This document shows positions 30,417-40,382 of a stretch of DNA of 64,000 bases, one piece after another (the stretch's first letter is position 1; each line of letters opens with the position of its first letter). The position numbers were made by a program, and so were the translations under genes. The notes beneath the pieces were generated by a model. It made no database searches. It saw only the letters and a list, made by a program, of their open reading frames with translations, and was not told where the DNA came from. Origin of the DNA: an uncultured delta proteobacterium (GTDB taxonomy: Bacteria > Desulfobacterota > Binatia > UBA9968); the NCBI GenBank assembly GCA_963745035.1, contig CAVUVW010000011.1:224001-288000 (forward strand), in the 5' to 3' direction.

Positions 30417-31106
30417 TCATCTTCTGGTATTCTCAACTCGGTGTTTGAAGAAATTCCACGCGCGTTCCATATCGACGGGGGGCAGCGCCTCGATCTGGCG
30501 CTGCTTTGATTCGTCAGGGGTAAGCGGGATCGGCTTGCCGATCTGGAGAGCGCCGTAAAGTATTTCGGCCGCTTCCTCTAAATAGATCGCCATCATCACC
30601 GCTTCGGGAATGGTTCGCCCTACCGTGACCTGGCCATTGCCGCGCAGCAGAATGGCGGGCTTATCGCCCAGCGCCTGAGCCACTTGGTTGCCCAATTGTT
30701 CAGTCGTTATCAGGTCCGGCGTGTGAAAGACCGGGACGCCGCCGGCAAAGAAACTCCCGTGGTTGTGCACCGGCTCAAGGCTGCAATCCGTCACGGAAAA
30801 TATATTCGCCACTCGGGCGTGAATTCGCGCGATCGCATGGACCCGCGGCATGGATTTCATGACCGCGGTATGAAGCCAGCTCTCGGATGGCGTTTGCCGG
30901 TGGCCTTCGACCACTTCGCCGCGAAAATTTAGGGTCAGCAGGTCGGATTCGTCGATCAGAGCCAAGCCGATGCGCGGAGTCATGATGAAAAGCTCGGTGC
31001 CGGGGATGCGGGCGCTGACGTGGCCGAAGCCTTCAACGAGTGTTTTATACGAAAGAATCCGGCAGGCACTGATGATGTCTCGTTTTAAGCCGCTGACGGT
31101 GTCCAT
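30417..31106 (-). CDS. Class II aldolase/adducin family protein
   Basis: EGFGHVSARIP, PSESWLH, GVPVF, AILLRGNG, YLEEAA. Confidence 0.85.
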   Translation of the reverse strand: MDTVSGLKRDIISACRILSYKTLVEGFGHVSARIPGTELFIMTPRIGLALIDESDLLTLNFRGEVVEGHRQTPSESWLHTAVMKSMPRVHAIARIHARVANIFSVTDCSLEPVHNHGSFFAGGVPVFHTPDLITTEQLGNQVAQALGDKPAILLRGNGQVTVGRTIPEAVMMAIYLEEAAEILYGALQIGKPIPLTPDESKQRQIEALPPVDMERAWNFFKHRVENTRR

Positions 31107-31179
31107 GGCGCTCCTTTAAAATCTATTATTTTTGCGTTATATTGCGGTCCTGCACGATGCGGGCAAGGATGAGTCGCAC

Positions 31180-31449
31180 ATGAAGATCAAAGTAGAGTCC
31201 CAATCCGACTCCAAAGGACAAGAGAGTCCTACCCGGTTTACGCTCGGAACGCGAACAATCGAAGTGGAAGCATGCGTCGATCGCTGGCATGGCGAGCTGG
31301 CATGTTACTATCGCGTGCTCGGGAGAGACGAAAACTCCTACATCCTTAAAGGCCCCCTCGGCGACGGCTCCTGGGAGTTGGTTTCTTTTACCCATAAAGA
31401 TTCCCGCGGCACCGAATTGGAATACGAAGGCAAAAGGGAACTTCAATAG
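31180..31449 (+). CDS. Conserved hypothetical small protein
   Basis: P.RF.LG.R.IEV...DRW.G....YYRV...D...YIL......WEL pattern. Confidence 0.6.
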   Translation: MKIKVESQSDSKGQESPTRFTLGTRTIEVEACVDRWHGELACYYRVLGRDENSYILKGPLGDGSWELVSFTHKDSRGTELEYEGKRELQ

Positions 31450-31536
31450 AATCCCTCCTTTTGCTTCCCCGCTCGTCTTCTTTCATAATTCTTTCAGCGG
31501 TGAGAGAAATTTCTTGGCACTGAGGTAGGTAGGACT

Positions 31537-32880
31537 ATGTCGGAACAGCACTTAGTCGTTGTGGTCGGCGCGGGGCCCGCCGGAATCTACGGCACGCGCA
31601 AGCTCACCGAAGCGGGACATCGCGTCGTCTTGCTCAACCGCGATATCAAGCCCGGCGGTCTGGCTGAATACGGCATCTTCGTCGATAAGGAAAAGATGAA
31701 GACCGGGCTGCGAAAACAATTCAAGCGTATTCTCGCCGATCCGAAGGTCTTTTATCTGGGCCACGTCACCGTCGGGCGGAACCAGGCGGTAACCCTCGAC
31801 GATTTGAGAGGCATGGGCTTTGGCGCCATCGTCGTTACCGCAGGGGCGCAGGGCACCAAGAAACTGGGCATCGAGGGCGAGGACAATCTCGGCGTCTATC
31901 ATGCCAAAGACGTCGTCTACTACTACAATTCGCTGCCGCCGTTTAGCGAGCAGACTTTCGAGATCGGCAGGCGGGTCGCCATCATCGGCATGGGCAACGT
32001 CATGGTCGATATCGCCAACTGGCTGCTCAATTTGAAAAAAATCGATCAAGTTGTCGTCGTCGCCCGGCGCGGGCCGCTGGAAAAGGCCTATGACGACAAT
32101 GAATTCGAGTACGTCGAGCAGTATCTCGACAACGCCGACATGAAACGGGAAATCGAGCGCATTGCGCCGCAGCTCGCAGCGGTAGGGCAAGACGTCGAGG
32201 AGATCACGCAAAAGTTCGTCAAGCAGGGCGAGCCCGCCGAAGGGCGGCGCATCACGTTTCGCTATCTCTGCTCGCCGACTAAAGTGATCGCCAACGATCA
32301 AGGCCGCGTGGTCGCGCTCGAGGCGGAAGAGAACGAGATGGTTTTGCAGGACGGCAAGACCGTCGCGAAAGGAAGCGGCAAAAGCCGGAGAATCGACGTC
32401 GATTGCGTCATCTACGCGATCGGCGATCAGGTCGATGCCGGGCTCGGTCTGCCGTTCTCGCGCGGCGCCTTCGTGACCAATCCCGAGAAGCTGCCGGGCG
32501 ATCCCAATCCGGCGGCTTATCAGCCTTACGATCCCGCGGCGCAAAAAGCCCTCGAAGGGATTTTCGTCGCCGGCTGGTCGCGCAACGCCAGCGTCGGTCT
32601 GGTCGGCGTCGCCAAGCAAGACGCCGAGCGCGGTATGAAGGTGGTCAACGAGTACCTCAAAACAAAACCGGGTCTGTCGAGCGGCGAGATGGAAGAGCGA
32701 ATCGAGGCCCTGATCGATACGTTCCAAAAAAAAGCCGCAACGGTCGTCACCAAAGAAGACGTCGAGCTACTCGAAAGCGCCGAGCAGGAGGAAGCCCGCG
32801 CGAGAAAGACCTGGGATTTCAAATATACCAACGACGACAAGATGCTCGAAGTGATCGCTGCGAGAAAAGCCGCGAGATAA
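31537..32880 (+). CDS. Ferredoxin-NADP+ reductase (FprA/adrenodoxin reductase-like)
   Basis: VVGAGPAG, GGLAEYG, IIGMGNVMVD, ARRGP, AGWSR...GLVG. Confidence 0.85.
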   Translation: MSEQHLVVVVGAGPAGIYGTRKLTEAGHRVVLLNRDIKPGGLAEYGIFVDKEKMKTGLRKQFKRILADPKVFYLGHVTVGRNQAVTLDDLRGMGFGAIVVTAGAQGTKKLGIEGEDNLGVYHAKDVVYYYNSLPPFSEQTFEIGRRVAIIGMGNVMVDIANWLLNLKKIDQVVVVARRGPLEKAYDDNEFEYVEQYLDNADMKREIERIAPQLAAVGQDVEEITQKFVKQGEPAEGRRITFRYLCSPTKVIANDQGRVVALEAEENEMVLQDGKTVAKGSGKSRRIDVDCVIYAIGDQVDAGLGLPFSRGAFVTNPEKLPGDPNPAAYQPYDPAAQKALEGIFVAGWSRNASVGLVGVAKQDAERGMKVVNEYLKTKPGLSSGEMEERIEALIDTFQKKAATVVTKEDVELLESAEQEEARARKTWDFKYTNDDKMLEVIAARKAAR

Positions 32881-32984
32881 AGGTTTTCTGTTTCATTTCA
32901 AATGCGCTGACGGCGGGAGTGTCGTCGATTTCTTCCGTTTTTTGGTTCTCATTCATTTATTTGTCTTGAGAAGCTATCTCAGAA

Positions 32985-33067
32985 TGTCATTCTGAGCGGC
33001 GCGCGAAGAATCTGCTTTAGGCAAGTTGTCGGAAAAAGCAGATGCTTCGCTTGCGCTCACCATGACA
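32985..33067. repeat. REP-like inverted doublet (TGTCATTCTGAGC...GAAGAATCT)
   Basis: tgtcattctgagcggcgcgcgaagaatctgctt ... aagcagatgcttcgcttgcgctcaccatgaca between convergent genes. Confidence 0.7.
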
Positions 33068-33113
33068 TGCAAATCATTTGTAGTCTTGCGATAGCGTCTC
33101 TGGTTTCCCACGG

Positions 33114-33854
33114 CTACGTCATGATCCGCCCGCCGTTTACATGAATCGTTTGCCCCGTTACATGCTTGGCCGCGTCGCTTGCTAAATAGGCGACCGCTTC
33201 CGCCACGTCCTCCGGCTGGCCGGCGTGGCCGATGGGGATGCGTTTCGCTGCGGCTTCCCACTCGGCGTCGGTGTAGCTCGCTCTTACTCGCGGCGTCTCG
33301 ATCCGTCCAGGGGCGACGGCGTTGACGCGCACGCCGCTGGTCGCGAGCTCGAGCGCCAGCGAGCGCGTGAGGCCGAGGATGCCCGCCTTGGCCGCCGCGT
33401 AAGCCGAGCGGCCGGCATCGCCGCTGAAAGCAATATCGGACGAGATGTTCACGATGGCACCGGATTTCTGCCTCTTCATCAGCGGCGTCACTGCCCGGGA
33501 GCAGAGAAAAGTCGAGGTGAGGTTGGCGTCGATGACCGTTTGCCAGTGGGCAAGCGGAAACTCATCGAGCGGATGCCTGTGCATGCTGCCGCCGGCGACG
33601 TTGATCAAAGCGTCGATGCGGCCGTGTTCGCGGATGATCTTGTCGAAGGCCGTTTGCACTTCGAATTCTTGAGTTACATCGACGCGCGAGAACGACAGTG
33701 GCATGCCGCGCTTGTAAAACTCGGCGGCGACTTCATTGGCGGCTTCGGCATTGACGTCGAGAATGACGACGGTTTGTTTTTCTCCAACGAAACGATTGGC
33801 GACGGCACGTCCGATTCCTCCGGCTCCTCCGGTTATGACTGTGATTTTGCTCAT
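33114..33854 (-). CDS. Short-chain dehydrogenase/reductase (FabG-like)
   Basis: TGGAGGIG, NISS, YAAAK, VNAVAPG, VTGQTIHVNGG. Confidence 0.92.
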   Translation of the reverse strand: MSKITVITGGAGGIGRAVANRFVGEKQTVVILDVNAEAANEVAAEFYKRGMPLSFSRVDVTQEFEVQTAFDKIIREHGRIDALINVAGGSMHRHPLDEFPLAHWQTVIDANLTSTFLCSRAVTPLMKRQKSGAIVNISSDIAFSGDAGRSAYAAAKAGILGLTRSLALELATSGVRVNAVAPGRIETPRVRASYTDAEWEAAAKRIPIGHAGQPEDVAEAVAYLASDAAKHVTGQTIHVNGGRIMT

Positions 33855-34054
33855 AGCGCGTCCTTCCAAACAAGCTAGATGTCCACTATCGCGTGTCGCC
33901 GTGATTCGTCAACCGATGCACGATCTCGAAACGCGAGACTTTATACACTAGAGCCGAGACTCTTGCGGCTGCGGCTCTTGCCAACCTCCGGATGCTCAAA
34001 TAGAATTCGTAGCGTTTTTGCAGCGGGTGAATTTTTTCGAAGGAGGCGCGCATC

Positions 34055-35999
34055 ATGGCAGACAAAGCGATCGAGGTGTTGCTCAACGAGAAGCGAAGTT
34101 TCCCGCCGCCCAGGGAATTCAAAAAAAACGCCAACATGAAAAGCGCAGGCGCGTTCAACACCGCGCGCAAAAATCCCCAAGCCTTCTGGGCCAAGGCGGC
34201 TAAAGAGCTTCACTGGTTCAAGCCGTGGAAGAAAGTTCTGGAGTGGAACTCGCCCTGGGCAAAGTGGTTTATCGGCGGCAAGCTGAATGCCTCGTACAAT
34301 TGCCTCGATCGCCATGTCCAAACGAGTCGCAAGAACAAAGCGGCGATTATTTGGGAAGGAGAGCCGGGCGATGAGCGCGTGCTGACTTATCGCGATGTCT
34401 GGCGCGAGGTAAACAAGTTTGCCAACGTATCTAAAGAAACTCGGCGTCAAGAAAGGCGACCGCGTCTGCCTTTATATGGGCATGATTCCCGAGCTGGTGA
34501 TCGCCATGCACGCGTGCAATCGCATCGGCGCGCCGCACAGCGTGGTCTTCGGCGGATTTAGCGCGGAGGCCCTGCGCGACCGTATTAATGATGCTCAAGC
34601 AAAAGTGCTCGTCACCGCAGACGGCGGTTACCGGCGTGGTTCCATAGTGCCGCTCAAGAAAAATGCCGACGAGGCGCTTCGCGATACGCCTTCGATCGAG
34701 CATTGCGTAGTCGTCAAGCGAGTCGGCGAAGAGTCCGGCGCGCACATGAAATATGGCCGCGATCACTGGTGGCACGATATGATGGACGATGCGCCGCTAT
34801 GGTGCGAGCCGGAGCCGATGGATAGCGAGGACATGCTCTACATCCTCTATACCAGCGGCACTACGGGTAAACCCAAAGGCATTGTCCACACCACCGGCGG
34901 CTATCTTACCGGAGTCACTCTGGTCAATAAGTGGATCTTCGACATGAAGGAAGACGACGTCTTCTGGTGCGCGGCGGACATCGGCTGGGTGACCGGCCAT
35001 ACGCACATCGTTTACGGCCCCATGGCCAATGGCGTTACGCAAGTGATGTACGAGGGTACGCCCGACTGGCCCGACAAGGACCGCCTCTGGCGCATCGTGG
35101 AAAAATACGGCGTGACGATTTTCCATACCGCCCCGACAGCGATTCGAACTTTCATGCGTTGGGGGACGGAGTTCCCCGGCAAGCACGATTTGGAATCTCT
35201 ACGGCTGCTTGGCAGCGTCGGCGAGCCAATCAACCCTGAGGCATGGGTGTGGTATCACAAGTATATCGGCGGCGGGCGCTGCCCGGTGATGGATACCTGG
35301 TGGCAGACGGAAACGGGTCACCCGCTAATTTCGCCGCTTCCGGCCATCACCAAGTTGAAGCCGGGGTCGGCGACCATGCCTTTACCCGGTATTGAAGCCG
35401 ATATCGTCGATGAAAGCGGCAAGTCGGTTCCCAAAGGCGGCGGCGGTTACCTGGTGCTGACCAAACCTTGGCCGGCGATGATGCGGACGATTTACGGCGA
35501 TCCCGATCGCTTCGTGCAAACTTACTGGAGCCGCTTCCCGGGAAAATATTTCGCCGGCGACGGCTGCAAGCGCGATAAGGACGGCTATTTTTGGCTGCTT
35601 GGCCGGGTCGATGATGTCATGAACGTGGCCGGCCATCGTATCAGCACGATGGAGGTCGAGAGCGCCCTTGTGGATCATCAGAAAGTCGCGGAATCCGCGG
35701 TGATCGGTAAAGCGCACGACATCAAGGGCCAGGCGATCTGTGCTTTCGTTTCGTTGAAAGGTGGCGTCAACGGCAGTGATGCTCTCATCGATGAACTCAA
35801 AGCTCATGTCGCGAAGAAGATCGGTCCGATCGCCCGGCCCGACGAGATTCTTTTTACGGCGGAGTTGCCGAAGACGCGCAGCGGTAAAATCATGCGCCGG
35901 CTGCTCCGTGATATTGCCGACCGGCGCGCGTTGGGTGATACGACAACCTTGGCAGACCCGGCGGTGGTGGCGAAGTTGAAGGAACAGTATGAAGAATAG
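34055..35999 (+). CDS. acs: Acetyl-CoA synthetase; frameshift near 34430
   Basis: [57 protein letters not shown]. Confidence 0.96.
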
Positions 36000-37050
36000 T
36001 CAGAAGGCAATAGGCAATAGGCAACCGGCAACAGTTCAAACGAGGAAGGAACTCTATCGTGACTCGTTCGGTATATTAGTCCTTATTGGCTTATTACTTT
36101 CGCCGGAGATTGGCTCCACGCAAACGCGCGAAAAGATCCGGGTTGCGCTGGGATCGATCTCGGTCAATTCGAGCGTAATCCCGATCGGCGCGCAGCATGG
36201 GCTTTTTGCCAAGCATGGCGTCGATCTGGAGCCGATCTATTTCGGCGGGGGGATGAATTCCATTGCGGCGCTTACCTCGAATTCCGTGCAGCTGCTGGCC
36301 GCGGGGTCGACCGCGACGGTGGGCGCGCGCGTTGGCGGCATCGACATCACCATGTTGGCCATGCAATCGAGCAAACTCGACTATTCGGTCTTGGTCGCGC
36401 CTGATGTGAAAATGCCTCAGGACCTCAAAGGCAAGATTGTCACGGGCACTCGAACCGGGGCGTCGGCGGATACCGCCTTGCGTTTGTATTTGCAAAAACA
36501 CGGGCTCGTCCCCGATAAAGACGTCATCTTCATTTCCGTGGCCGACAGCCAGCAGGGGCGTTTCAATGCTTTGGTGCGTGGTGTCGTCGCCGGGACGGTA
36601 TTGCCGCCGCCTTACAGCACGGTGGCCAAACAGCAGGGGTTCCGTGAGCTCGCCGATCTGCGCAAAACCGACATCGAATATTCAGGGACGTCTATTGCCG
36701 GCATCGGCTCCTACATCAAGGCTCACCCCGCTGCGATGGAAGGTTTTCTGAAGGGCTACATCGAGTCGCTGCATTTCTTCCGAACCCAAAAAGAAAAGAC
36801 CATGGCGGGCATCATGAAATACATGCGCATCAGCGAGCGGGCGCGCGCCGAAGAGGGATACGACTACTATGTCGAGATGATGCCTGTGATGCCCTACGCC
36901 AGCCCTGCCGGTGTGAAAGCGGTCCTGCATTTTCTCGGCACGCGGAATCCCAAGGCGGCGAGCGCGAATCCCGAGGAGTTCTACGATCATAGTTTTCTCA
37001 AGCGAATCGAAGATAGCGGCTTTGCCAAGCCCTTTGCGATTCGACGTTAG
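35989..37050 (+). CDS. ABC substrate-binding protein (NMT1/SsuA/TauA-like); true start possibly GTG 36059 with an indel
   Basis: [29 protein letters not shown]; RBS gaggaagg upstream of 36059. Confidence 0.85.
   Translation: MKNSQKAIGNRQPATVQTRKELYRDSFGILVLIGLLLSPEIGSTQTREKIRVALGSISVNSSVIPIGAQHGLFAKHGVDLEPIYFGGGMNSIAALTSNSVQLLAAGSTATVGARVGGIDITMLAMQSSKLDYSVLVAPDVKMPQDLKGKIVTGTRTGASADTALRLYLQKHGLVPDKDVIFISVADSQQGRFNALVRGVVAGTVLPPPYSTVAKQQGFRELADLRKTDIEYSGTSIAGIGSYIKAHPAAMEGFLKGYIESLHFFRTQKEKTMAGIMKYMRISERARAEEGYDYYVEMMPVMPYASPAGVKAVLHFLGTRNPKAASANPEEFYDHSFLKRIEDSGFAKPFAIRR
36005..36034 (+). repeat. Heptamer AGGCAAY tandem repeat
   Basis: aggcaataggcaataggcaaccggcaacag immediately after the acs stop. 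Confidence 0.75.
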
Positions 37051-37084
37051 AATTAGCGCGACGAAAGCAGATTCGGAGGCAGCC

Positions 37085-38095
37085 ATGAACATGCGACGCG
37101 CAGGCAGAATATTTTGGGTTGTGCTGCTGGCGGGTTTGGCCGGTTCGTTTCTGCCGGCACAGGGCCAAGACAAGCCGCTCAAGAAAATCAGTTGGGGCGT
37201 GACCTCCTTATCCGCTTCCAATTGGATTCCATGGATCGCCAAGGAAGCGAAGATCTACGAAAAGCACGGTCTCGACGTCGAGTTGATTCTGGTCAAAGGC
37301 TCGGGCCAAACGTCGGCGGCGATTCTCGGCGGCAGTCTCTTCGCCGCGCCAGTCGCGGTTCCTCAGGTGATGATGGCGAATCTCGGCGGCGCCGATCTGG
37401 TCAATATCGCTCACACGGTTCCTGGCGTTCAGAGCAAGCTGCTCGTCAAGCAGGAGATCAGGAGGCCCGAAGACATCAAGGGCAAGAGGATTGCGACTTC
37501 GAGTTTAGGCTCGCTCGGCGATTTCCTGTTCAAGTACATCATCCGCAAGCATGGCATGGACCCGATTCGCGATGTGACGTGGCTTTCCATCGGTACCCCG
37601 GGCGAGCGTCTCCAGGCATTGGCGGCGGGGCGGGTGGATGCCGCGGACCTATCGCATCCCGATGATGCTCGCGGCGTGCGCATGGGATACCGGATCCTCT
37701 GGGATGCGAGGAAAGAAGTGGTCTATCCTTCGATGTCCGTGGTGACCCGGCGCAAAACGCTGCAGGACGATCGCGATACCGTGATGCGCATGCTCAGGTC
37801 TCACATCGAGGGAATCGCCTACTTCAAAACGCATAAGGACTTCAGCATCAAAGTATTGAGCAAGTATCTTAGAAACAACGATCAAGAGCTGTTGGAGAGC
37901 TCGTACGAAATTTTTAAGCAGGATTTCATATCCGTGCCCTATCCGATCATGAAAGGCTTGGAGGCGACCTATGAATACGTCGCCGCCAGCCGGCCGGAAA
38001 TCCGCGGCCGCAAACCGGAAGAGTTCATGGACCCGAGCCTGGTCGCCGAACTGGACAAGAGCGGATTTATCAAGAAGCTCTACGAGCAGAAGTGA
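37085..38095 (+). CDS. ABC substrate-binding protein (NMT1/SsuA-like), paralog 1 of a tandem triplet
   Basis: WIPWIAKEAKIYEK, ATSSLGSLGDFLF, ELDKSGFIKKLYEQK. Confidence 0.88.
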   Translation: MNMRRAGRIFWVVLLAGLAGSFLPAQGQDKPLKKISWGVTSLSASNWIPWIAKEAKIYEKHGLDVELILVKGSGQTSAAILGGSLFAAPVAVPQVMMANLGGADLVNIAHTVPGVQSKLLVKQEIRRPEDIKGKRIATSSLGSLGDFLFKYIIRKHGMDPIRDVTWLSIGTPGERLQALAAGRVDAADLSHPDDARGVRMGYRILWDARKEVVYPSMSVVTRRKTLQDDRDTVMRMLRSHIEGIAYFKTHKDFSIKVLSKYLRNNDQELLESSYEIFKQDFISVPYPIMKGLEATYEYVAASRPEIRGRKPEEFMDPSLVAELDKSGFIKKLYEQK

Positions 38096-38100
38096 GAAGA

Positions 38101-38131
38101 AGGCAACAGGCGTTAGGCAACAGGCAATAGC
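38101..38131 (+). repeat. Heptamer AGGCAAY tandem repeat
   Basis: aggcaacaggcgttaggcaacaggcaatagc after a stop codon. Confidence 0.7.
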
Positions 38132-38148
38132 AAGAATAGGATAAATTC

Positions 38149-39195
38149 GTGCCAAGTTCGTGCTTGCGTCTTTTAGTCATTGCCGCGGTACTTTCTAGTC
38201 TCGCCAATTCATCGTCCGGGTGGCCGCAGGACAAGCCGTTAAAAAAGATCAATTGGGGCGTTACATCCCTGTCAGCGGGGAACTGGATTCCTTGGATCGC
38301 CAAGGAAGCCAAAATATACGAGAAGCACGGCCTGGACGTCGAGCTGATTCTGCTGCGCGGGTCGGGGCAGACTTCGGCGGCGCTCCTGGGCGGCAGTATC
38401 TTCGCCTCACCCGTCGCGCTCCCTACCGTGATGCTCGCCGATCTCAGCGGCGCCGACTTGATCAACGTGGCGCATACCGTGCCCGGCGTTCAGACCAAGA
38501 TGCTGGTCAAGCCGGAGATTAAGAGGCCGGAAGATCTGCGCGGCAAACGGGTCGCCACTTCGAGTCTGGGCTCTCTTGGAGATTTCCTTTTCAAGCATTT
38601 ATTGCGCAAGCACGGCCTGGATCCCAACCGGGAAATTATCTGGCTTTCCATCGGGACGCCGCCGGAACGTCTGCAGGCGCTGTTTACGGGCGCGGTGGAC
38701 GCTACCGAAGTATCTTATCCCTTCGACGCCCAAGCGGAGCGTAAAGGGTTTCGCGTTTTGTTCGACGCGCGAAAAGAGGTGGTTTATCCGTCCATGTCGA
38801 TCGTAACCCGGCGCAAGAATATCGTCGAAGACCGCGACACCGTGATGCGCATGGTCAAAGCGCACGTCGAAGGCATTGCGTATTTCAAGAACAACAAAGA
38901 CTTCAGCATCCGAGTCCTGAGCAAGCAATTGAGAATAAACGATCGCGATACTCTGGAGAATTCTTACGAAACCTTCAAGCAGGATTTCATCTCGGTTCCC
39001 TATCCGATTACAAAAGGATTGGAAGCGACCTACGACTACGTCGCGCAGACGCGGCCGGAAATCCGCAATCGCAAACCCGAGGAGTTCGTCGACGCGAGCT
39101 TCATCGCCGAGCTGGACAAGAGCGGCTTTATCAAGAAGCTGTACGAAGCGAAAATAGGGGTAGAGGCGGGTTTTAGACCCGACCCCGACGTGTAA
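38149..39195 (+). CDS. ABC substrate-binding protein, paralog 2; real stop probably TAG 39155-39157 (extra A in a homopolymer)
   Basis: Near-identical motifs to its neighbours, which end ...KKLYEQK. Confidence 0.88.
   Translation: MPSSCLRLLVIAAVLSSLANSSSGWPQDKPLKKINWGVTSLSAGNWIPWIAKEAKIYEKHGLDVELILLRGSGQTSAALLGGSIFASPVALPTVMLADLSGADLINVAHTVPGVQTKMLVKPEIKRPEDLRGKRVATSSLGSLGDFLFKHLLRKHGLDPNREIIWLSIGTPPERLQALFTGAVDATEVSYPFDAQAERKGFRVLFDARKEVVYPSMSIVTRRKNIVEDRDTVMRMVKAHVEGIAYFKNNKDFSIRVLSKQLRINDRDTLENSYETFKQDFISVPYPITKGLEATYDYVAQTRPEIRNRKPEEFVDASFIAELDKSGFIKKLYEAKIGVEAGFRPDPDV
39160..39185 (+). repeat. GTAG-type REP palindrome
   Basis: GTAG followed by the imperfect palindrome aggcgggttttagacccgaccc. 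Confidence 0.55.
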
Positions 39196-39224
39196 CTCGA
39201 CGTGAGGGACTGAGCGACTAAGGA

Positions 39225-40223
39225 ATGGCGCGATGTATTCGGTTGGTGCTGTGGATCAGTGTTCTCATCGGCGCAGCGACACATAGCGCGGCGCAGGAAC
39301 CGGCGCTCAAGAAAATCAACTGGGGACAAACAGCCCTTTCTGCCTCCATGTGGATTCCCTGGATCGCCAAGGAAGCGAAGATCTATGAGAAGAACGGACT
39401 CTCCGTGGAGATCGTTTTACTGCGTGGTTCGGGACAGAGCTCGCAGGCGATGCTGGGCGGCAGTTTGTTCGCCGCACCGGTGGCGCTGCCGCAGGTCATG
39501 CTGGCAAACCTCAACGGCGCGGACATGGTAAATGTCGCCCACACCATTGCCGTCGCGAGCAGCAAACTGCTGGTCAAACCGGAGATCAGAAAGCCCGAGG
39601 ATCTGCGCGGCAAGAAGGTTGCGACCTCGAGCATCGGCTCCCTCGGCGACTTTCTGTTCCGTTACGCGCTGCGCAAGCACGGTATCAATCCCGACCGTGA
39701 GATTGCCTGGCTTTCCATCGGCACCAACGCCGAGCGGCTGCAGGCTTTGCTCAGCGGCGCCATCGACGGCGCCGACGTCACCTATCCGGCCGACATTCAG
39801 GCGGAACGAAAAGGATACCGCGTTCTGATCGATGCCAGAAAGGAGATCACCTTTCCGACCACGTCCGTTGTCACCCGCCGGAAAACCATTCGCGAAGATC
39901 GCGACACCGTGATGCGCATGGTGCGCTCCCATGTCGAAGGCATCGCGTTTCACAAGCAGAATAAAGAGTTCGCCCTGAAAGTCCTGACCAAGTACGTAAG
40001 AACGACTGATGCGGAGTTTTTAGAGGGCTCGTACAATATGTTCAAGCAGGATTTTATCGCAGCGCCCTACCCGATCACCAAAGGATTGGAGCCGACCTAC
40101 GATTACGTCGCGCAAACGCGGCCCGATATCCGCAATCACAAACCGGAAGAGTTCGTCGACGCGAGCTTTATCTCCGAATTGGACAAGAGCGGCTTTATCA
40201 AGAAGCTGTACGAGCAAAAATGA
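39225..40223 (+). CDS. ABC substrate-binding protein, paralog 3
   Basis: Same motif set as 37085 and 38149. Confidence 0.88.
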   Translation: MARCIRLVLWISVLIGAATHSAAQEPALKKINWGQTALSASMWIPWIAKEAKIYEKNGLSVEIVLLRGSGQSSQAMLGGSLFAAPVALPQVMLANLNGADMVNVAHTIAVASSKLLVKPEIRKPEDLRGKKVATSSIGSLGDFLFRYALRKHGINPDREIAWLSIGTNAERLQALLSGAIDGADVTYPADIQAERKGYRVLIDARKEITFPTTSVVTRRKTIREDRDTVMRMVRSHVEGIAFHKQNKEFALKVLTKYVRTTDAEFLEGSYNMFKQDFIAAPYPITKGLEPTYDYVAQTRPDIRNHKPEEFVDASFISELDKSGFIKKLYEQK

Positions 40224-40227
40224 GTAG

Positions 40228-40256
40228 CGGCATCAGGCAAGAGGCACAGGCAACAG
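40228..40256 (+). repeat. Degenerate AGGCAA heptamer repeat
   Basis: cggcatcaggcaagaggcacaggcaacag after a stop codon. Confidence 0.6.
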
Positions 40257-40323
40257 TAAGAGTCGTTCAGACTGAAGATGAAACCCTGGCGCCTCTACTG
40301 AGTCGCTGGGTGATGTCCCGACG

Positions 40324-40357
40324 TGTCATTCTGAAGAGCTTTGCGACGAAGAATCTG
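40324..40357 (+). repeat. REP-like TGTCATTCTGA...GAAGAATCT copy
   Basis: tgtcattctgaagagctttgcgacgaagaatctg. Confidence 0.6.
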
Positions 40358-40382
40358 TTTTCCGCACTTCGCAGTCGATTTT

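Noticed and set aside
39158-39195. C-terminal extension IGVEAGFRPDPDV on SBP paralog 2
   Set aside because: Removing one A from the aaaa run gives YEAK-stop like its paralogs; the extension is read-through into a REP.
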